A stretch of 64,000 nt of DNA, taken from a virus. The translations under genes were made by a program, and so were the position numbers. Positions 44,120-54,167 of this stretch are shown here, in pieces. Positions within the stretch are counted from its first letter, which is position 1. The number at the start of each line of letters is the position of its first letter. Under the pieces are notes generated by a model. It ran no database searches and was not told where the DNA came from. It saw only the letters and a program-made list of their open reading frames with translations. The stretch is taken from IMG/VR virus record IMGVR_UViG_3300046468_002660, one strand, 5' to 3'.

Positions 44120-45069
44120 ATTTTGAATTTAAAAAATTAGATTATAAAAATCTTTTAAATAAGTATTCTATTGAAATAGCTAGCAATGAACCCTCAGAAA
44201 GAGAGTTTGCCTATGCTAAAGTTTCTTTTAATCAACTTTCTGAAATTGATTACTCTATTGTGATGCCAGTGTTCAATCAAGAAGATTTAATTAAAAAACA
44301 TATAGAATCTATATTAAAATATACTAAAGACAATTATGAACTAATTTTAATATTGGATTTTTGTGTAGACAACACAGAAAAAGAAATTTTAAATTTTTTC
44401 TCGAACTACGCTAATAGTTACAATAATTTAGAATCTGTTACTATTGTTAAGCACTGTAAATTTCCAATTTTCGAAGCTTCTTGTGATAACGTTGGCTTTA
44501 TGCTTGCTAAAGGAAAATTCCTACTAGAAATACAATCAGATATGGAAATGACTGAAAGTGGTTATAATTTACAATTAAAAAGACCTTTTGATCATTTTGA
44601 TAACTGTATAGGTGTTTCTGGAAGATGCACGGCTAACTTTTCTAAAAGTTGGCTTACTGGTTCCAAATGTCACAGCACCTTAACTAAAGTATCTGACACT
44701 GGTACTAGTAGAGATATTTTTTATCAACATGATACTTGCTGTCGAGGTCCATTATTACTAGATAGAGAAAAATCTGCAAGCTTATCTTTTTTAAATGAAA
44801 AAGATTTTCATCTAGACGATGCTGATCATCACTTTTTCGCAAGAGCTTCAGCTGAAAACTATATATGTGGATACATGGCAATTGATTTTTATTCTAATCT
44901 AAACATGGGATCTTCAAGAAAGAGGGGTAAATTACCTCGTGATTCATATTTAATAAATGAAGAATACCTACATTTAAGACAGCAAAACTATAGTGTTAAT
45001 TTTTATGATGGCACTAACTTTATACAAATGCCAAATGTCATTAAACACGAACTTATAAAAAATAATTAA
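44116..45069 (+). CDS. Glycosyltransferase family 2
   Basis: SIVMPVFNQE, ELILILD.C.D.T, A.GKFL. Confidence 0.8.
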   Translation: MNFEFKKLDYKNLLNKYSIEIASNEPSEREFAYAKVSFNQLSEIDYSIVMPVFNQEDLIKKHIESILKYTKDNYELILILDFCVDNTEKEILNFFSNYANSYNNLESVTIVKHCKFPIFEASCDNVGFMLAKGKFLLEIQSDMEMTESGYNLQLKRPFDHFDNCIGVSGRCTANFSKSWLTGSKCHSTLTKVSDTGTSRDIFYQHDTCCRGPLLLDREKSASLSFLNEKDFHLDDADHHFFARASAENYICGYMAIDFYSNLNMGSSRKRGKLPRDSYLINEEYLHLRQQNYSVNFYDGTNFIQMPNVIKHELIKNN

Positions 45070-45077
45070 AAAATAAT

Positions 45078-45869
45078 ATGGAAATCACAGATTCAGAAAA
45101 AGCAAAATTACTAAACGCCTTTAGAAGTTCGTCTGCAAACGACGAATCTTTTAAAAACTTATGGTATAAAGGAGCCTCTTTATATATTCCACAAATTAAT
45201 GAACTTTTAAATTTAACTCCTGATAATTCGTTTGAATTAAAAGATATTGATCATTTTAAAAACGAAGATCAAAATTATTTAGGGGATATTTTCTCCAAGT
45301 ATAAATCTGATAAATCTACACAACATAATTATCATATTTTATATTCTTTTATCTTAAACTCTCTAGGTAAAGACAAGGAATTAAACCTCCTTGAGATAGG
45401 TCTGGGCACAAACAACGGCAGTCTTGTATCGTCAATGGGTGCTGACGGCACTCCAGGAGCTTCAACTAGAGCTTTTAAAGAGTATTTACCTAATGGTAAT
45501 ATATATGGAGCTGATATAGATAAAGAAATTTTATTTGAAGAAGATAGAATTAAAACTTGTTATGTAGATCAACTTGAAATTGATTCTTTCTCCAACATCA
45601 CTGAAACTTTTGGTGATATAAAATATGATTTAATTATAGACGATGGACTTCATTCAACTGGCGCTAATCTTAATACATTACTCTTTGCTCTAAATAATGT
45701 AAAGGGTGGGGGCTGGATAGTTATAGAAGACATAGGATTTGAAACTTTTGGTTTATATAACAACTGGAAGATAGTTCATTATATATTGTCTAAACTACCC
45801 TTGGAAGTTTACATGGTCAAGGCTAGGCATCATTGCTTATTTTGTGTCCGTAAAAATTATATTAATTAA
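45078..45869 (+). CDS. Class I SAM-dependent O-methyltransferase
   Basis: SDK...HNY, LLEIGLG, YGADID, DLIIDDGLH, GGWIVIEDI. Confidence 0.8.
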   Translation: MEITDSEKAKLLNAFRSSSANDESFKNLWYKGASLYIPQINELLNLTPDNSFELKDIDHFKNEDQNYLGDIFSKYKSDKSTQHNYHILYSFILNSLGKDKELNLLEIGLGTNNGSLVSSMGADGTPGASTRAFKEYLPNGNIYGADIDKEILFEEDRIKTCYVDQLEIDSFSNITETFGDIKYDLIIDDGLHSTGANLNTLLFALNNVKGGGWIVIEDIGFETFGLYNNWKIVHYILSKLPLEVYMVKARHHCLFCVRKNYIN

Positions 45870-45905
45870 TTGCATATCCTCGTTCTAGAAGTGTAAGTAT
45901 GTTTA

Positions 45906-46619
45906 GTGAATTATATTAGTTACAGTTTGTGGGGGGGTGAGTCTATTTATAATCAAGGTGCCATTCAAAACGCCAAACAAATCTCCGAAATATACCCAAA
46001 TTGGAAAATGGTAGTTTTTCACTCCCAAAAAACCTCCAAAAAAATTTTAAACGAATTAGTATCGTTAGATTGTCTTTGCATAAAAGCTGACGAGTCTTTT
46101 TATGGAATGTTTTGGAGGTTTTTTGCTCATGATTTAGCTGATGCTGATTATATTATCTTTCGAGATGTTGATTCTAGATTGAGTTTGAGAGAAAAATTTG
46201 CGGTTGAAGAGTGGATTGCTTCTGGTAAAAGCGCTCATTGCATTAGAGACCATCCTTTGCATAGAATCCCAGCGAGATGCGCTTACCCTTCTTTCTTGGG
46301 AGGCATGTGGGGAATAAAAAAAAGCTCTTATCCATCATTGATTAGTGAAATTAAAAAATCTCCACTTTCAAAATGCTTTGCTGGGGAAAATAAAAACTCT
46401 CGTGCGCTATATGGCTTTGATCAAGAATTTTTGCAAAACATTTATAATTATTTTAATAACAAAAATGACATTTTTATCCATGATGAATTTGGTGATGGCA
46501 ATAAAATAGATTACCCTAGAGATAATTATGCCTTTATAGGAGAAAGAATGACAGTTAATAATCTACCAACTTGTTCAGACAGAAACTATATTAAAGCTTG
46601 GTACAATGAAAATAAATAA
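45906..46619 (+). CDS. Putative glycosyltransferase (paralog of 6545 N-terminus)
   Basis: ISYSLWG, FWRF, RDVDSR, REKFAV.EW, GGMWG, DQ.FL. Confidence 0.6.
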   Translation: MNYISYSLWGGESIYNQGAIQNAKQISEIYPNWKMVVFHSQKTSKKILNELVSLDCLCIKADESFYGMFWRFFAHDLADADYIIFRDVDSRLSLREKFAVEEWIASGKSAHCIRDHPLHRIPARCAYPSFLGGMWGIKKSSYPSLISEIKKSPLSKCFAGENKNSRALYGFDQEFLQNIYNYFNNKNDIFIHDEFGDGNKIDYPRDNYAFIGERMTVNNLPTCSDRNYIKAWYNENK

Positions 46620-47364
46620 AGTTATACTCTCCTCAAATAACAACCCTAACTATATAGAGTTTTGGCCTTCGGTTTACGAAACTTGGTCTAAACTTGGGGT
46701 TGAAGCTTATTTATTTTACATCGGCAAAAGCTCTAAACATTTAAACTACTCGGAAAACGTTCTTACTTTCGATATTGACCTTATGGGTGTAAACGATTGT
46801 TTTGCATCTCAATGTTTAAGGTTATTGGGGCCAAGCCTTTTCCCTGATGACTTTGTTATTATATCTGATGTGGACATGTATCCGTTAAGTTATGATTATT
46901 TTCACAAAAGTGTAGAAAACCTTAAAGATGATTTATTTATTAATTATAGAGGCGGTGTAGTGAGAAGTTCAGAGTTGCCAATGTGTTATAATTTAGCCAA
47001 AGGTTCGACTTGGAGGGAAGTTTTTGAAATTGAAAGCGAAGACTTGGCAAATTCTTGGAAATCTATTTTTCGAGACATTTTAATAAAATGGTTTCCAGTT
47101 GAATATAAAACTCCTTGGGAGGTTCACCAAGGCTACCTCTGGGAAACTGATCAATCTCAACTCAGAAGTCACATTAATAAATGGAACGCAAAGACAAAGA
47201 GATTTTATCAACTTTATGATCGTGATACTAATTTTTCCAGGCTAGATCATAGAGGTGGCAGATTACATGATTCGTATACTGATGGTAATACTGATTTTTC
47301 GCCCGCAAGACCCTTTTCTGAACATGAAGATCGCATTTTAAAAGTTATAAATCAAATAGTATGA
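46606..47364 (+). CDS. Putative glycosyltransferase (DxD)
   Basis: Y.EFWP, SDVDM, WETDQ; within glycan cluster. Confidence 0.55.
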   Translation: MKINKVILSSNNNPNYIEFWPSVYETWSKLGVEAYLFYIGKSSKHLNYSENVLTFDIDLMGVNDCFASQCLRLLGPSLFPDDFVIISDVDMYPLSYDYFHKSVENLKDDLFINYRGGVVRSSELPMCYNLAKGSTWREVFEIESEDLANSWKSIFRDILIKWFPVEYKTPWEVHQGYLWETDQSQLRSHINKWNAKTKRFYQLYDRDTNFSRLDHRGGRLHDSYTDGNTDFSPARPFSEHEDRILKVINQIV

Positions 47365-48143
47365 ACAACTTTATAGAAATTAATAAATTCTCACATCTTC
47401 ATGACGGCGATAAAGTTTTCTTTTGTAAAACTGATTTTTTGAACAACCAATTTCGTGAAATTTCTAAACTAAAACATGACGTTCTTTTAATTTCTGGGAA
47501 TTCAGATTATTGTATTACTGACAATCATATTAAAGAGCTGCCAAGTAACGTTAAGTTTTGGTTTGCTCACAACTGCTTGGTTGATGATGACAGAGTTCAT
47601 CCACTTCCAATGGGTATAGAAAATCAATCAGAGTCAGCCTTGGGTGCAAGACATGGAGTATCTTGGGGAGGGAGAAAACGAGACATCTTATTATCTAACA
47701 TAAAACAAAAACCTCCTACAAAATTTGCTTATTCAAATTTTCGAATTTGGACAAACTCTGAACATAGATCCTTAATTCGTGATATCAGCATTGAAGCTGA
47801 TTATATTGACTGGGAAAATCCATCTCTTACAAATGAAGGCTTTTATAATAAATGTTTAGATTACGAATTAGTTGTTTGTGCTCAGGGTAATGGCCCAGGA
47901 GATAATCATAGAATCTATGAAACTCTTTATCTTGAAAGAATTCCTATTACTTTTAATCAGTGTATGTACAAAAAATTGCATCATAACTTTCCTGTTATTT
48001 GCCTAGATGATCCCAATAAATTAAAAGATAAAAAATTTTTAGATGAAGAGCTAAAGAAAATAAAATCGAAAACATTTAATAGGAACATGTTACACCCAGA
48101 ATGGTGGATTAACGAAATAAAAAATAAAATAGAATTATTATGA
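47361..48143 (+). CDS. Exostosin/GT47-like glycosyltransferase
   Basis: PLPMGIEN, CAQGNG..NHRIYETLYL.RIPI. Confidence 0.6.
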   Translation: MNNFIEINKFSHLHDGDKVFFCKTDFLNNQFREISKLKHDVLLISGNSDYCITDNHIKELPSNVKFWFAHNCLVDDDRVHPLPMGIENQSESALGARHGVSWGGRKRDILLSNIKQKPPTKFAYSNFRIWTNSEHRSLIRDISIEADYIDWENPSLTNEGFYNKCLDYELVVCAQGNGPGDNHRIYETLYLERIPITFNQCMYKKLHHNFPVICLDDPNKLKDKKFLDEELKKIKSKTFNRNMLHPEWWINEIKNKIELL

Positions 48144-48556
48144 AATCAATCAATGATGTTAAACAAGGTAAAAATGTAAAAATTAGTGACTTTACAAATC
48201 TTTATGGCTGTGAATTGGAGGATGATGTTTTCGTCGGTCCCTTTGTTGAAATACAGTCTAACGTAAAAATCGGAAAATCAACAAGAGTTTCATCACATTC
48301 TTTTATTTGCTCGAATGTAAATGTAGGCAAAAATTGCTTCATAGCGCATGGAGTTATGTTTACAAATGATAAATTTACAGAAAACAAAAGTGAGTGGATA
48401 GAAAGACCGACCCAAATTGGAAATAATGTCAGAATTGGATCTAATGCAACTATATTACCAGTGACTATTGGAGATAATGTTATTATTGGTGCAGGAGCTG
48501 TTGTTACAAAAGATGTTCCTAGTAACTCTGTAGTGAAAGGTAATCCAGCAAAATGA
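48140..48556 (+). CDS. Hexapeptide-repeat sugar N-acetyltransferase (WbpD/FdtC-like)
   Basis: NLYGC, GPFVEIQ, GVMFTND, GAGAVVTKDVP, GNPA. Confidence 0.9.
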   Translation: MKSINDVKQGKNVKISDFTNLYGCELEDDVFVGPFVEIQSNVKIGKSTRVSSHSFICSNVNVGKNCFIAHGVMFTNDKFTENKSEWIERPTQIGNNVRIGSNATILPVTIGDNVIIGAGAVVTKDVPSNSVVKGNPAK

Positions 48557-49434
48557 ATCTTAAAATAGGTATAGTTGGTCTTGGTTATTGGGGAAAAATA
48601 ATTTTAAAAAACTTAAAAGGTTTAGGGTATAAAAATATAAAAGTATATGAACCAAATAAAATTAATTGGGGAGATATAGGCTTTAAGGTTCCCACGGCAG
48701 AAAGTATGGAGGATTTGCTTGATAGAGATAAAATCTTTGTTGTAACTCCGACTAATACTCATTCTTTAGTTTGTAATTTTTTTATTAAGCATGGTGTAGA
48801 TATTTTTTGCGAAAAACCTTTAACAAATGATTTAAGCGCGACTCTAGATTTGTACAAAAACATTAACGAAAACTCTTCAAAACTTTTTGTTGACTGGCTT
48901 TTTACTTTTAACCCTGCTGTCAAAAAAATAAAGGAAATCATTCAATCGAAAGGAGCTCCCAAAACAATTATTTCAAATCGCTTGAATTATGGACCTCAAA
49001 GATTTGATGTCGATGCGAGGCTAGACTTATCATCGCACGATGTTTCTATAATGTTGCATTGGCTTGAAGTTTTTCCAACTACAATAAACTGGGTTGACTT
49101 TAAAAGAAATAAGTCCTCTGTCACCAATGATAGCAATATTGGAGTTCTTTCATTCGACAAGGGGGACAACACCACATCAGTTCAAATTAATTCTAGTTGG
49201 GAATTTGGAGAAAAAAATAGGGATGTTATAATTGAATTTTACGATGGCGAATTTTTAAAATGGAATGATTTCTCTGGATTGCTTACCTTAAATGGCTCAA
49301 ACATATCTTTTGAAAATTACTCCCCTTTAGAAAAAAGTATTTCTACTTTTTTAGAAAACAAATTTGATCAAGAAAAAAACAAGCTGTTAACTATAAATAT
49401 TAATAAAATTTTGCAAAATGAAGATACAATTTAA
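48553..49434 (+). CDS. Gfo/Idh/MocA oxidoreductase (WbpB-like)
   Basis: GLGYWG, TPTNTH, CEKP, DLSSHD. Confidence 0.88.
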   Translation: MNLKIGIVGLGYWGKIILKNLKGLGYKNIKVYEPNKINWGDIGFKVPTAESMEDLLDRDKIFVVTPTNTHSLVCNFFIKHGVDIFCEKPLTNDLSATLDLYKNINENSSKLFVDWLFTFNPAVKKIKEIIQSKGAPKTIISNRLNYGPQRFDVDARLDLSSHDVSIMLHWLEVFPTTINWVDFKRNKSSVTNDSNIGVLSFDKGDNTTSVQINSSWEFGEKNRDVIIEFYDGEFLKWNDFSGLLTLNGSNISFENYSPLEKSISTFLENKFDQEKNKLLTININKILQNEDTI

Positions 49435-50524
49435 CGACCTTAATGCTCAGTGGCAAATAATCAAAAAAAATACGCTTAAAGAGTTTGAAAAACTTTTTAA
49501 AAAGTCTAATTTTATTTTAGGGGATCAAGTCAAAACTTTTGAAGATAATTTCTCTAAATACATCAACTCAAAATACTCTGTTGGCGTTTCAAATGGAACA
49601 GATGCATTAAAATTGTCAACTCAGGCTCTTGACCTTCAAGGTTCTATATGTTTTATATTGCCAGCAAATACATATGTTGCAACAATCCTCGGTCCTGAGC
49701 AAGCTTACCCAAATGCACATTTTGAAATTGTTGACTGCGATAATTTTCATCAAATTGACACAAAAAAGACAGAAAACTTTTTAAAGAAAAATTCTTCCCG
49801 CTTTGACAGTATTGTGTTAATTCCTGTTCACCTTTATGGATATTCTTGCGACATGGATGAATTAATGAGAATAAAAAAGCAATACAATTGCTACATGATT
49901 GAAGATTCTTCTCAAGCTCATGGAGCACAATGGAAAGGCAAGACGGTAGGGACTTTTGGTGATGTCTCAGCTTTTTCCTTATACCCTGGGAAAAATTTAG
50001 GTGCGGCTGGAGACGCGGGTGTAATATCTACGAACAACAAACAAATTTACGATAAATTATTAAAGCTTAGAGGTTTAGGTTCAGTTAAAAAATATATTCA
50101 TGACATGAAAGGTGGTAATCATCGTTTAGACACTCTTCAAGCAATTATTTTAAATGAAAAAATTAAATTTATTGAAGATTGGAATGAATCGAGAAGAAGA
50201 GTGGTTAAATTTTTTGAGTCGAAAATATCAAATCCAAAGATAAAACTGCCAAAAACTCAAAACTATTGCTTGCCTGTTCATCATATCTACCCAGTTTTAG
50301 TAGATAATAGAGATGATTTTACAAATTTTTTAGATAAACATTCTATCCAGTGGGGTATACATTACCCAATATGTATAGAAGATATGTGCATGTATAAAAA
50401 TTTAGTCCCCAAGCCAAATGTTAAGGCATTATCTTTTAGCAAACGGATGGTAAGCCTGCCAATACATCCTTTTTTAAACGAGCAACAGCTTGACTATTTA
50501 GTTGAAATTTTAAATATTTATTAA
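49418..50524 (+). CDS. DegT/DnrJ/EryC1/StrS sugar aminotransferase
   Basis: VSNGTDAL, PVHLYG, EDSSQAHGA, SLYPGKNLGAAGDAG, RLDTLQA. Confidence 0.95.
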   Translation: MKIQFNDLNAQWQIIKKNTLKEFEKLFKKSNFILGDQVKTFEDNFSKYINSKYSVGVSNGTDALKLSTQALDLQGSICFILPANTYVATILGPEQAYPNAHFEIVDCDNFHQIDTKKTENFLKKNSSRFDSIVLIPVHLYGYSCDMDELMRIKKQYNCYMIEDSSQAHGAQWKGKTVGTFGDVSAFSLYPGKNLGAAGDAGVISTNNKQIYDKLLKLRGLGSVKKYIHDMKGGNHRLDTLQAIILNEKIKFIEDWNESRRRVVKFFESKISNPKIKLPKTQNYCLPVHHIYPVLVDNRDDFTNFLDKHSIQWGIHYPICIEDMCMYKNLVPKPNVKALSFSKRMVSLPIHPFLNEQQLDYLVEILNIY

Positions 50525-50599
50525 ATTTTAAAGAAACTTTTAGCGTTGTGAATGTGTATAGTTGATTTTTTAAAGTTTTATTTTAATATCTAAATATAG

Positions 50600-51592
50600 A
50601 TGAGCGAAAGCATTCGAGAAAAAAATAAAAAAATAATCAAAAATATGCTTTTTTGGTTACATCAAGTTTGCTTAAAGCATAATTTAAGATATATGGCGAA
50701 AGGTGGAACATTAATTGGAGCGGTAAGACATAAAGGAGTAATTCCTTGGGATGGAGATGGTGACGTTTTTATGCCTATTGATGATTGGCTAAAACTCCAT
50801 AAACTTATTACTGAAATTGAAGACCCTTATTTCTTAAATTCAGATGGGTCATGGACTTCGGCAAGAACTCCAACTTGGGGAAGTTTAAGCTCTGGTCACC
50901 CACAAAAAGGAGTTGTTAAAAAGTTCAACATGCCGAATGATCTTTTTTTTCAATGTGCTGCAACCGATTATCATATGGCAGGTAGAATTATTAAAATAAG
51001 GTCAAAAGAACTCTATAATACCCCCGCCTCAACCTGGGGACCATCTCACGCAGGTGTGCAGTTAGATATATTCCCAATAACAATTCAACACGATCACATC
51101 TTAATAGATTATGAAGAAACCCCAACTGGTCATTATCATTGGCAACCTCTAAGCGAAGTATTTCCTTTAGTTACATTGCCGTTTGAAGATAGAGAAATTT
51201 TTTGCGCAAAAAACCATTTATCTAGATTAAAAGATTCTTACGGAGCAGAAATTCCCCCATTCCCCGAAAACTATAGACATCTTTTAGGGGATGGTTGGTC
51301 TCATGAAGGTCCAGTTGCAGAAATAAAATCACGCCCATTAAATTATTATCTTGAACATTTTCCTCATTTTTACAATGAAGATATGTCTTTAAAAGATTCT
51401 ACTATTTCTGGAAACCCAGAGTCTGTTGAAGAATTTCTTTCAAAGAATACATTAAAAGCTGCAACTCCAGACACTTACGTTCCTCAAAACACTAAACCAA
51501 GAAAAGGGACGGACCCTTTTTGGAAATTATTTTCTCAACACGAAAAAACAAAAGGTAAAGAATTTGTTCAAACTCGCCCTCCTAAACTTTAA
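50600..51592 (+). CDS. LicD-family phosphotransferase
   Basis: GGTLIGAVRHKGVIPWDGDGDV, LDIFP, VFPL..LPFE, L...YG. Confidence 0.88.
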   Translation: MSESIREKNKKIIKNMLFWLHQVCLKHNLRYMAKGGTLIGAVRHKGVIPWDGDGDVFMPIDDWLKLHKLITEIEDPYFLNSDGSWTSARTPTWGSLSSGHPQKGVVKKFNMPNDLFFQCAATDYHMAGRIIKIRSKELYNTPASTWGPSHAGVQLDIFPITIQHDHILIDYEETPTGHYHWQPLSEVFPLVTLPFEDREIFCAKNHLSRLKDSYGAEIPPFPENYRHLLGDGWSHEGPVAEIKSRPLNYYLEHFPHFYNEDMSLKDSTISGNPESVEEFLSKNTLKAATPDTYVPQNTKPRKGTDPFWKLFSQHEKTKGKEFVQTRPPKL

Positions 51593-51662
51593 ATAATTTA
51601 CACCTTGATCTTGCAAAAAATTTGTGTTAAAATTCAAAACATGGATTTTATTGAGTTTCTGC

Positions 51663-51691
51663 TTGACACTTTACTTCTAATAGTATAAACT
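51663..51691 (+). promoter_or_regulatory. sigma70-type promoter (leaderless)
   Basis: TTGACA-N17-TAAACT; ATG 7 nt downstream. Confidence 0.75.
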
Positions 51692-51698
51692 AATAAAC

Positions 51699-52421
51699 AT
51701 GCTTAAGAAAAAATGTACTACATGTGGTAAAACATTACCTGTAGAAAACTTTTACAAACAGCAAGAAAAAATTTTAGAAGCTCGAGCTGAAAAAATAAAA
51801 AATCCAAAGATAAATAAAGACGGAACCCCCAGAAAATATAAAAAATTTACTGAAGCTGATAACTATATAAACGTGTGTATGTCATGCCATCTCGCTAACT
51901 GCAAAAAGCAACATAAAAAAAATAAAGACAAAAACAATGCTAGAAAGAAAAGGAATTACAGAGCAAGGCACGAGTATTATTTAAATCAAGTTCGCAATTT
52001 TAGAAAAAACTTTCCAGAAAAAGTTAAAGCCCAAAGACAAAAGCATTGGCACGAAGTTCAAAAACCAAGAATGCATAATGACCCCTTTGAAAAATTTAAA
52101 GTTTATACAAAAACAAGAGCTTCAAGAATAATGAATAGCCTTGCCTCAGGTAAAGTTTGCGAAAATGACTTGCTAGATTGCGATTCAAATACTTTTATTA
52201 AACACATTGAATCTCAATTTACAGAAGAGATGAATTGGGATAACTATGCAGAAGAATGGGAGTACGACCACATTAAACCATTAGCAGCTTTTGATTTCTC
52301 TAATGAAGATGAAGTGAAAGAGGCTTTCAACTATAAAAATGTAAGACCTTTAAATAAAAAACAAAATCAATTAAAAGGTTCAACTTGGAATGGGAAAAAA
52401 CAATATTACAATGAAAATTAG
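51699..52421 (+). CDS. HNH homing-type endonuclease
   Basis: N-terminal CxxC...CxxC; HIESQF...MNWDNY..WEYDHIKP...N.RPL...N..KG. Confidence 0.8.
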   Translation: MLKKKCTTCGKTLPVENFYKQQEKILEARAEKIKNPKINKDGTPRKYKKFTEADNYINVCMSCHLANCKKQHKKNKDKNNARKKRNYRARHEYYLNQVRNFRKNFPEKVKAQRQKHWHEVQKPRMHNDPFEKFKVYTKTRASRIMNSLASGKVCENDLLDCDSNTFIKHIESQFTEEMNWDNYAEEWEYDHIKPLAAFDFSNEDEVKEAFNYKNVRPLNKKQNQLKGSTWNGKKQYYNEN

Positions 52422-52650
52422 AAAAAAACTAAAAAACGCAGAGTTTGAATATGACGAAGAAACTAAAAAGTTTCTAATAATAGATGGTGAAGGCGACGCT
52501 GTTGTTGAATTAAATAAAGTTTATGCTTTTGCATTTATGCGTTTTGTTGTACGCATGGCTCAAAGAAATTGGTTAAGAAATAAAAAATCTTCAGATAAAA
52601 ATGAAGATTCTATATTTAAACCAAAAAATCAAATGGAAATATTTCAATAA
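52411..52650 (+). CDS. Hypothetical protein
   Basis: ORF. Confidence 0.65.
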   Translation: MKIRKKLKNAEFEYDEETKKFLIIDGEGDAVVELNKVYAFAFMRFVVRMAQRNWLRNKKSSDKNEDSIFKPKNQMEIFQ

Positions 52651-52667
52651 TAAATTATCATAATAGC

Positions 52668-53015
52668 ATGAATCAAGAAAAAAAAATACAGAACGTTGAA
52701 GAAATAACATCAGAATTACTTTCTTCTTCTGATGTCGTATACGCTTCAGAAGAACAAGAATTTTTTTATAAATCAACTGACGACCCAGTGCCTTATGGAG
52801 AACCAGTTGGTTTAGATGTACCTATTTATAACTTTAATTATTTAAAGCATGAAGTTGATGAACATGATAATAGTCGTGATGCAAGCAAATGGAGAAGTTA
52901 CGCAAGTGAAGAATATGAAGCTCTTCTTAAAGATCAATTAAGCCCTAAAGAAATAAAACTTGTTTTATTTAAAGATATTTATTGGAAGCCAAGCTATGAC
53001 TGTGAAAAAGAATGA
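52668..53015 (+). CDS. Hypothetical acidic protein
   Basis: 115-aa ORF. Confidence 0.65.
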   Translation: MNQEKKIQNVEEITSELLSSSDVVYASEEQEFFYKSTDDPVPYGEPVGLDVPIYNFNYLKHEVDEHDNSRDASKWRSYASEEYEALLKDQLSPKEIKLVLFKDIYWKPSYDCEKE

Positions 53016-53244
53016 TTACCCTAAATTATATGAGTATCGTATAAAATATAATGCTGGAGAAAACCACTCAGCTTTAGACAATTTTCATTACTACAATGCT
53101 GAAACAGCAGCTCAAGCCTTAGATTACCACAAGGCAATGATGCAAAAACATGGCTTTGAGAGTCAAACAATTTCTATTGAAAAAAAGAATCCTTATGCAA
53201 ATCGATGGGAAGATCGAAGTGAAATTTTAAAAGAACAAATATAA
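52996..53244 (+). CDS. Hypothetical protein
   Basis: ORF. Confidence 0.65.
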   Translation: MTVKKNDYPKLYEYRIKYNAGENHSALDNFHYYNAETAAQALDYHKAMMQKHGFESQTISIEKKNPYANRWEDRSEILKEQI

Positions 53245-53249
53245 TTGAC

Positions 53250-53681
53250 ATGAAAAATACTGAGAGAACTTGTTGGATAATAGCTATAATTTTATTAGCT
53301 CTTTTTTGTGACCGAAAAATGGCTAAAGTTGAAAATATGGAGTCTTTAATTACTTCCTACGATTTAAACAATCAGGTTAAATCCGATCAAATAATAGACT
53401 TGATGCATCAAATAAATAATGGCAGCCAAGATCAATACAGACAAGGCTTTGAAGAAGGTAAAGCTTACGCAATGATCGCCGCCATCAATAATGAAGATTT
53501 GCATAAATATGCTGATGGATATCACGCAGCAATGTCCCAAATGGAATTCAGCCAAAAAGCTAGGGATTACAATAACTCAAATGAAATATACAGCTTGTTT
53601 CTTGAAGTTTTAAATATGCTTGATGAGTCAGATCACGAATATCGAGAATTATTAAACTTTGTTGCTGAAGATGGAAATTAG
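53250..53681 (+). CDS. Membrane-anchored helical protein
   Basis: N-terminal TM; YRQGFEEG/YADGYHAA motifs. Confidence 0.65.
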   Translation: MKNTERTCWIIAIILLALFCDRKMAKVENMESLITSYDLNNQVKSDQIIDLMHQINNGSQDQYRQGFEEGKAYAMIAAINNEDLHKYADGYHAAMSQMEFSQKARDYNNSNEIYSLFLEVLNMLDESDHEYRELLNFVAEDGN

Positions 53682-53904
53682 TTCCGAGCAAATTATTTAT
53701 TCTGAACATGGTTACGATGAATGCTTTGAATACATTAATGGAGGTAGAGTTCCTGAAGGAATTGCTGTTGGATATGAAACTGAATCCACTACCCCTCATA
53801 GAGTTTTAATTTTGTTTAACGACATTAAATATAGCGCTTATGACCATGATTATTGGGATAATTTAGATTTGGAAAATGATGTAAACCGCGTAATTTTACC
53901 ATGA
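53671..53904 (+). CDS. Hypothetical acidic protein
   Basis: ORF. Confidence 0.6.
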   Translation: MEISSEQIIYSEHGYDECFEYINGGRVPEGIAVGYETESTTPHRVLILFNDIKYSAYDHDYWDNLDLENDVNRVILP

Positions 53905-54167
53905 TAGCTTTTAACAAATATTACTCAGAACAGCCTCAAGATCCTTTAAAAAAATTACAACAGCTTCTAAATAAAATTGATCTTTTTGAAGAAGATGATT
54001 TTTTAGAAGAAGCCTTCGACGAAAACACTTCAAATAATTCAAATTTATCAGAGCTTTTAGAGATTGTATATTTTCATTTATTTACTGAAAATTATTCCAA
54101 CATCGACCTTTCCATAACGAAAAACAAAAATAATTCACTAGAAATAAAGATCAAAAAACTATCATGA
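53901..54167 (+). CDS. Hypothetical protein
   Basis: ORF with ATGA coupling on both sides. Confidence 0.6.
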   Translation: MIAFNKYYSEQPQDPLKKLQQLLNKIDLFEEDDFLEEAFDENTSNNSNLSELLEIVYFHLFTENYSNIDLSITKNKNNSLEIKIKKLS

